A DNA stretch of 64,000 bases, from NCBI RefSeq assembly GCF_964204645.1, contig NC_134025.1, positions 1,116,001 through 1,180,000 of the forward strand, in the 5' to 3' direction. The DNA is from Tubulanus polymorphus (lineage: Eukaryota; Animalia; Nemertea). A model generated the notes under the pieces. It was not told the origin of the DNA and did no database searches. It saw only the letters and a program-made list of their open reading frames with translations. The translations under genes were made by a program, and so were the position numbers. Shown piece after piece: positions 56,557 through 64,000 of this stretch. Position 1 is the stretch's first letter; each line of letters opens with the position of its first letter.

Positions 56557-56970
56557 TGATGAACTGAGGGTAAATTCATCGTTGATGAAATTACTCTCAG
56601 GATCATCATTAAAACAATGAATGAACTGAGGGTAAATTCATCATTGTTGAAATTACTCTCATGATCATTGTTAAAACAATGAATGAACTGAGGGTAAATT
56701 CGTCATTGATGAAATTACTTTCAGGATCATCATTAAAGAATGAATGAACTGAGGGTAAATTCATCATTGTTGAAATTACTCTCAGGATCATTGTTAAAAC
56801 AATGAATGAACTGAGGGTAAATTCATCATTGATGAAATTACTTTCAGGATCATCATTAAAACAATGAATGAACTGAGGGTAAATTCATCATTGATGAATT
56901 TACTCTCAGGATCATCATTAAAACAATGAATGAACTGAGGGTAAATTCATCATTGATGAAATTACTCTCA
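56557..56970. repeat. 62-bp tandem repeat (~7 copies), each unit with a 17-bp-arm palindrome
   Basis: ctgagggtaaattcatc-att-gatgaaattactctcag plus a near-constant linker. Confidence 0.93.
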
Positions 56971-58026
56971 GTTCATTGAACATATTTTAGTGTTAACAGC
57001 AGTTTTGATTACTCCCTTGTTTTCTTGTTATTGATAATTACATCAGAAGTTATAGAATAGATGATTTAATTTTTATTGTTCGATGAACTTGCAGTTAATT
57101 AGATTAATTAATAATAGAATTACTCTCAGGTCATTGAACCATAATCTTTTTAACGTTATCTTAATTAAGGATCTAGGGTTTTTATACTAAAATAAGATTG
57201 TTATTGAGTTAAACAATAGAATTTTAAATCAATATATTTTACTATTTCTTAGGTTTACTGTTAGGGAACTTTTCATTTTTCAGTGTTTAGGCTTTTCATT
57301 TTTGGATTTTTCTAGATTCTAATTCTTTTCCAACACTTGGGACCTAAGTGTGTTCACTTTTCATCCGTCATTTTTCTGTTTTGAAAACTTTTCAATGGAT
57401 TGTCTTGAGATTTGGTTTATGCACATATCTACCCTAGATTCATCTGCAGCCCAAAAACTGACAGAGAATCAAGATAGCTGACTGGTGGTCATTTTCATTG
57501 GCCAAAATGAGCACTTTTACAGTTTTGAAGTGTTTTCAAGGGAAGTTTTGAAGATGTCTTCAACAATTGATGTTAAATATGGATACGTATGCCCCCAGGG
57601 CCCATCATCATTAGAATTATTGGGTTGTTGACATTTGATAAGCGTAAGCCATTGTTATAGGACACCACTTACATGGAATCAGGCTTACACCATTTTCTGT
57701 TCTTCATCTTCATCAGGGGATTTGAATTATAGACAATATTTCTCATTAGTTTTGGTGCCTATGCATTTTAATGCAATCAATTGCAAATTTTTAGCATTGG
57801 TTTTTGTTATGTTTACCAGGGGCATTAAATATTGAAATGGTCAAATTGTCAAGCAATTTCACCGAGTGGGCAAGGTGTCCGTGCACCTCTAGTTTTTCTC
57901 TTTTTTTCACTGCTTTCAAGGTTCTCGTACACATTTCATATTTACATGCAGCTTTTTCATTCTATATATATCAATATCATCCTCACTTGCCAGGTTTTAA
58001 TTGTCGTCTGCCGAAGCTCATGCCAA

Positions 58027-58271
58027 CATAAACCCCGGCTGCCAACTCTTCATTGGTCTCTTTACGTTGCTCAAGATTGCTTGGGTCGACAGGTTACCAC
58101 TGAGCAGCCACTAGTCCTAGTCAATCAGATGCGTTATGTTTCGCCGGCAGATTCGCTACACATCTGATTGACTAGATAAAAAGACTGGTGGCCACTTAGC
58201 AGCAACCTGTCGACCCGAGATATCTTGGACAATGTAAGAGACCAATGTAGGGTTTGTGACCAGGGTTTATG
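58027..58271. mobile_element. foldback element / long imperfect palindrome
   Basis: cattggtctct...gggtcgacaggtt...ctagtcaatcagatg mirrored by catctgattgactag...aacctgtcgaccc...agagaccaatg. Confidence 0.75.
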
Positions 58272-59397
58272 TAAGCGTGAGTGCCGGTGGGCGGCAATAA
58301 AACCCTGGTGATTGAGGATGTACATATCAACACACAAAAGCCCAATATAATAGGCGGCATTATTATTGTGAGGTGAACCTGGCCTAATATACCGCGCGGT
58401 AAAAACCACTCTTTCTGTGGTTGTGTAGTACCAGTAATTGATGATCATCGAGTGAGTGATTGGCCTGGCCCAGTTATTCCATTCCGAAATCACTTGGGTT
58501 CCGATTATGATTGACAAAGGATTTCATCAAATTGATCGACACATTTTATCAGTACTTGTACAAATTGTAAATATATAAATAGCTTTTTATTTATATATAT
58601 TATATTTCTTTTTTGATTTTTTTATTGATTTTGATTTCTACTTTAAATATTTTTAGATATCTTTTTAACTTAAGATTTTAATGATTATTTAAACATTTCA
58701 AATATTATCTTAAAACTTTTTAATTTTCTAAACTTCATAATACCTATACATCAAATCAAACTATTTTGATATAGATTTAATTGATAATTAATATTTTTAA
58801 TTCCATTGAATAATTTTAATATTCAAAACAACAGAATGAATGCATTCAATCTTAGTTTGATACTGATATTGATACTGATCTATTGTTTTAACGACATTTT
58901 AACCTATAAGTTTGGAGCATTGATATTATTTCATTGCATTAGTCCTGCCTCCTTATTTATGGCTGATGGTTGATTTCAGATTTACAGCTTCTGATAATAA
59001 TAATATTAATTCAATGCTACGTTCTGTTTTGTTGGTTATATTTCATGCAAACGTTTTTAAGGATGACTTATTGTCGAATTGATATTTGGTAGTGCAGAGG
59101 TTGAAATAATTAGGCCAACAGGTATATAATTATATAGAATTGTCTGAAAAACCTAACATATAAGTAGTATTGCTAGTGTCCCTCTATTTTCAAGTTGTCC
59201 TGTGGTACGACTTTAAACTGCCTCTTTTAAACAATACGTTTTATCCATACATTTTATCAGTGACTTTTATCTATTTGTCCTGTGGTACGACGTTAAACTG
59301 CCTCTTTTTAACCATTTTTTTAATTGTTTTTACCCATATGTTTTATTGTTTTTATCCATATGTTTTATCGTTTTTATCACCCCTTCTTTTTCTACCT

Positions 59398-59910
59398 TTC
59401 TCTATCCTTTCCCTCTCTGTCTCTATCCTTTCCCTCTCTGTCTCTATCCTTTCACTCTCTCTATCCTTTCCCTCTCTTTCTCTAACCCACTAACTCTCTT
59501 CCTCTTTCTCTAACCCACTAACTCTCTCCCTCTTTCTCTAACCCACTAACTTTCTCTTCCTCTTTCTCTAACCCACTAACTCTCTCCTCTCTCTCCTTTC
59601 TTCCTCTCACCCCTCTCCTTCATCCTTCCTCCTCTCTCCCTCCTCTCTCTCTCCTCACTCTCCTATCTCTCTCTTTCTCTCTCTTTCTCTCTATCTTGTA
59701 AATATTGTAAATTTGTAAATAGTAGTTTTTATTTCTCTTGTAAATATTGTAAATTTGTAAATAGTAGTTTTCATTTCTCTTGTAAATATTGTAAATTTGT
59801 AAATATTAGTTTTTATTTCTCTTGTAAATATTGTAAATTTGTAAATAGTAGTTTTTATTCCTCTTTTTAACTCTCTTGTAAATATTGTAAATTTGTAGAT
59901 AGTAGTTTGT
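59398..59910. repeat. CT-rich microsatellites followed by a ~42-bp AT-rich tandem repeat
   Basis: ctctttctctaacccactaa units; cttgtaaatattgtaaatttgtaaatagtagtttttatttct x5. Confidence 0.9.
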
Positions 59911-60279
59911 TTTATTTACTTTTTTAGAGCCAATTTTAATAGGCCTATACGTAATTTTCATCAGATCTCACTTTATTCAATACAACAGAATGAATGCATT
60001 CAATCTTGGTTTCAAACTATTACTTTTCACTTTTCACATACATTCGTAGCATTGATTCGTACCATTACATTAGATAAGTCCCTCCTCCTTTTGAATTAAT
60101 ATTTGAAAGAAGATTCTAGATTAAGCATATAGTAATAAGCGTTTTACATCAAAGAAATTTTGTCACAGGCTGAAGAGCATTTTATATCATATGTTAAGAA
60201 ACAAGGATTGCAGCGACGATGCTTCCTGTGATCTCTGATCTGTTAGCTCACAAGTGTATTTAACCATCACTTGTTTGTG

Positions 60280-61080
60280 ATTGAGTGTACTTTCCCCTCA
60301 CTGGTTGCATTTCACTTCATTGGTTGCAGCTATGAACAATCATCTCATTGACTGTGCATATACTTCCCCTCACTGCTTGGTACTCCATTGGTTGCAGCTA
60401 TGAACAATCATCTCATTGACTGTGCATACTTCCCCCTCACTGGTTGCATTTCACTTCATTGATTGCAGCTATGAACAATCATCCCATTGATTGTACACTG
60501 GTTTGTAATATAATTTCCCCTCACTGGTCGCTGTTCACTTGATTGGTTTCAGCTGTGAACAATCATCTCACTGATTGTGCATACTTTCTCCTCACTGGTT
60601 GCAGTTCACTCCATTGGTTGCAGCTATGAACAATCATCTCATTAATTGTGCATACTTTCCCCTTACTGGTTGTAACTTCATTGGTTGTAGCTATGAACAA
60701 TCATCTCATCCATTGTGCAAACTTCCCCTCACTGGTTGTTACTTCATTGGTTGCAGCTATGAACAATCATCTCATTGATTGTGCTTACTTTCCCCTCACT
60801 GGTTGCAGTTCACTCCATTGGTTGCAGCTATGAACAATCATCTCATTGATTGTGCATACTTCCCCTCACTGGTTGGTACTTCATTGGTTGCAGCTATGAA
60901 CAATCATCTCATTGATTGTGCTTACTTTCCCCTCACTGGTTGCAGTTCACTCCATGGTTGCATCTATGAACAATCATCTCATTGATTGTGCATACTTCCC
61001 CTCACTGGTTGGTACTTCATTGGTTGCAGCTATGAACAATCATCTCATTGATTGTGCATACTTCCTCTCACTGGTTTGCA
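60280..61080 (+). repeat. ~58-63-bp minisatellite (~13 copies)
   Basis: ttcccctcactggttg...cattggttgcagctatgaacaatcatctcattgattgtgcatac. Confidence 0.95.
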
Positions 61081-62534
61081 GTTTGCAGCTTTGGTTTGAT
61101 GATGATAAATGCTGGTTTTATCATTGGCTCTATGCGAACAGTTATCAAAATGTTTGAAGCCTTTGCCAGACATCTTGGGGTTTCGATTGAAATACAGTTT
61201 TGTCTCCTCCAGCAAAAGACGTCTTAGATAGGTGTATCGCTACATTTCCTGCAAGACTCCTCTCTCTCCTCTCTCATCACGAAATAAGTAAGACACAGTT
61301 GACTGCTGAATCAATTGATAGTAGCGAAATGAGTGTTCAGATACAATGAAAGTGTGTAAATTACTGCTAAATCAATTGGTGGTGATAAAAGTTAAGCGCT
61401 ACAAAACACTGAAAGTGGGTGTCTTGAAACAATGATACATGTAATGAAACATTGATAGATGTACTGATCTTGTGGTTTGTTCTACCTCCTTCCTCTGCTA
61501 CGAGGTGATAAGTCATGTCATTTTTATATACAATATCAAAATCATAGACAATTAAAATCTTGTGGTGGCATGGCTTCTGCTTTTGTTCTCTATAACTCCC
61601 GGTAATGGCCTTGCTATGACATCAAACGAGTATCAACTAAAGAAGATACTCCTTTCTTCTCCTTTAAAAACGGCAAATACTGTTGTTTGCTACTTTGGCA
61701 AATACTGTTGTTTGCTACTGCATGTTGCTCATTCCACTCTGTTTAAGGGGTGATATTGAGTTTTGGAGTCTCTTCTCCTTCCCTTGCCTTCTTAAATTGT
61801 CAAATAGATGTGACTTACAATACTGATTACCTCCTTCTTTGAAAACTACATGTTGCTGATGCTTGCTATCATTCAACTCTGTTTTGGTTGTGATATTGAG
61901 TTTAAAACGTTGTGTTAGGTGTACATACCTCCTCTCTCTCCTCTCTCATCAACAATTAAATAGACACTCATTGTTTGAATACCTTTAGTTTTTTGCTGTG
62001 GTTTCCTCAATAGAAAAGTTTGAAATTGCTCATTGGTTGCGGCGCATTTCAAACTATGATAAAAGGGAAGTGTTTAAAACACTGAAAGTTGGTAAATTAC
62101 TGTTGAATGAGTTGATAGTGATGAAATTAAGTGTTAAAAACATCGTAAGTGGGTAAATTATTGCTAAATCAATATCTCCTCTTGCCTTCTTCAAATGTCA
62201 AAAAGAAATGACATTTACTGAATTTTCAGTGACTTACAACATTTATTGCTGCTTTATTCAAATACTGTTCATTGCTGACTGCGTGATGATTATTACCCTC
62301 TGTCTTAGGGGTGATAATGAGAGTTGTATTTCTGTCCCTTACCTTCTTGAATTATTACATTAAACATTATTACATTATTACGTTATTAGATTACACATTA
62401 TGAACATCTAAAAAACTCGCAAGTTCCTTCTCCATGTTTAATCATTGCACTCTGTTTAGGGGTGATATTTAATGAGTTGATGTAGTTCTTTTGCTGTGGT
62501 TTCCTGAATAGGATTGATTGAAATTCCTCGTTTA

Positions 62535-63197
62535 GTGTTCAAAAACACTGAAATTGGGTTAATTACTACGCAATCATTTGGTGGTGATGAAAGATAAGTG
62601 TTACCAAACACGGAGGGTGAATTACTGCTAAATCATTTGGTGGTGATGAAAGTTAAGTGTTACAAAACACTGAGGGTGAATTACTGCTAAATCAATTGGT
62701 GGTGATGAAAGTTAAGTGTTACAAAACACTGAGGGTGAATTACTGCTAAATCATTTGGTGGTGATGAAAGTTAAGTGTTACAAAACACTGGATGAATTAC
62801 TGCTAAATCAATTGGCGGTGATGAAAGTTAAGTGTTACAAAACACTGAGGGTGAATTACTGCTAAATCATTTGGTGGTGATGAAAGTTAAGTGTTACAAA
62901 ACACTGAGGGTGAATTACTGCTAAATCATTTGGTGGTGATGAAAGCTAAGTGTTACAAAACACTGGATGAATTACTGCTAAATCAATTGGTGGTGATGAA
63001 AGTTAAGTGTTACAAAACACTGGGTGAATAACTGCTAAATCATTTGGTGGTGATGAAAGCTAAGTGTTACAAAACACTGAGGGTGAATTTCTGCTAAATC
63101 ATTTGGTGGTGATGAAAGTTAAGTGTTACAAAACACTGAGGGTGAATTACTGCTAAATCATTTGGTGGTGATGAAAGCTAAGTGTTACAAACACTGA
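62535..63197 (+). repeat. ~56-58-bp minisatellite (~11 copies; decayed copies at ~61330 and ~62070)
   Basis: gggtgaattactgctaaatcatttggtggtgatgaaagttaagtgttacaaaacactga. Confidence 0.95.
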
Positions 63198-64000
63198 TAC
63201 ACTCTGTTTTGGGATGATATTGAGTTCAGGAGTCTCATCCTTCCTTCTCCAACTGTCAAGTAGAAACGTGACAAACAAACTGAATTGTCAGTGTATTACA
63301 ACACTGATGACCTCCTTTAATACTGCTGCTTGCTGCTGGGTGTTAATTAATACACTCTGTTTTGGGGTGATATTGAGTTCAGGAGTCTCCTCCTTCCTTC
63401 TTCAACTGTCATGTAGAAACGTGACAAACAAACTGAATTGTCAGTGTGTTACAGCACTGATGACCTCCTTTAATACTGCTGCTTGCCACTGGGTGTTAAT
63501 TCTTACCTCCTTCCCTTAACATCTTGAATTATTACATTAAACATTATTACAATTAAAATTATTACATTAAACATTATAACATCATGAATCATCCTCCTTA
63601 AATACTGCTGCTTGCTGCTTGCTGCTCTGTTTTGGGGTGATATTGAGTGCAGGAGTCTCCTCCTTCCTTCTTCAACTGTCATGTGGAAACGTGACAAACT
63701 GATGTGGTACAACACTGATGGTCTCCTTTAATACTGCTGCTTGCTGCTGGGTGTTAATTAATACACTCTGTTTTGGGGTGATATTGAGTGCATGAGTCTC
63801 CTCCTTCCTTCTTCAACTGTCATGTAGAAACATGACAAACAAACTGAATTGTCAGTGTGTTACAAAACTGATGACCTCCTTTATTACTGCTGCTTGCTGC
63901 TGGGTGTTAATTCTTACCTCCTTCCCTGAACTTCTTGAATTATTACATTAGACATTATTACAATAAAAATTATTACATTAAACATTATAACATCATGAAT
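63198..64000 (+). repeat. composite ~150-bp tandem repeat running off the window end
   Basis: actctgttttggggtgatattgagt...ctccttccttcttcaactgtcatgtagaaac recurring; related decayed copies from ~61730. Confidence 0.88.

Noticed and set aside
56557-56970. CRISPR-like array of palindromic repeats
   Set aside because: Linkers are near-identical rather than unique spacers; eukaryotic context with no cas genes

Overview
AT-rich, intron-containing animal genomic DNA (probably a marine invertebrate; inferred from gene content and TE types). Positions ~1-41.5 kb are gene-dense. I reconstructed eight genes from splice sites: a type-I membrane kelch-repeat protein (-), a 181-aa secreted Cys-rich EMI-like precursor not resolved by the ORF track (-), SYF2 (+), a TMTC1-like O-mannosyltransferase (-), a KIAA2012-like coiled-coil protein (+), TMEM258 with a U12-type intron containing an 18S rDNA fragment (-), a hexokinase (-), and an intronless KIAA0825-like ORF (-). 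Introns carry many Harbinger-type MITEs and Penelope-like palindromes with hammerhead-ribozyme cores. From ~41.6 kb onward the window is gene-poor: minisatellites, TE relics and one orphan Pro-rich gene behind a textbook Pol II promoter. The strongest novel signal is a tandemly duplicated 100-nt hexokinase active-site exon pair separated by only 40 nt, which looks like mutually exclusive splicing of the catalytic segment. All family assignments come from motif recognition, not database searches.
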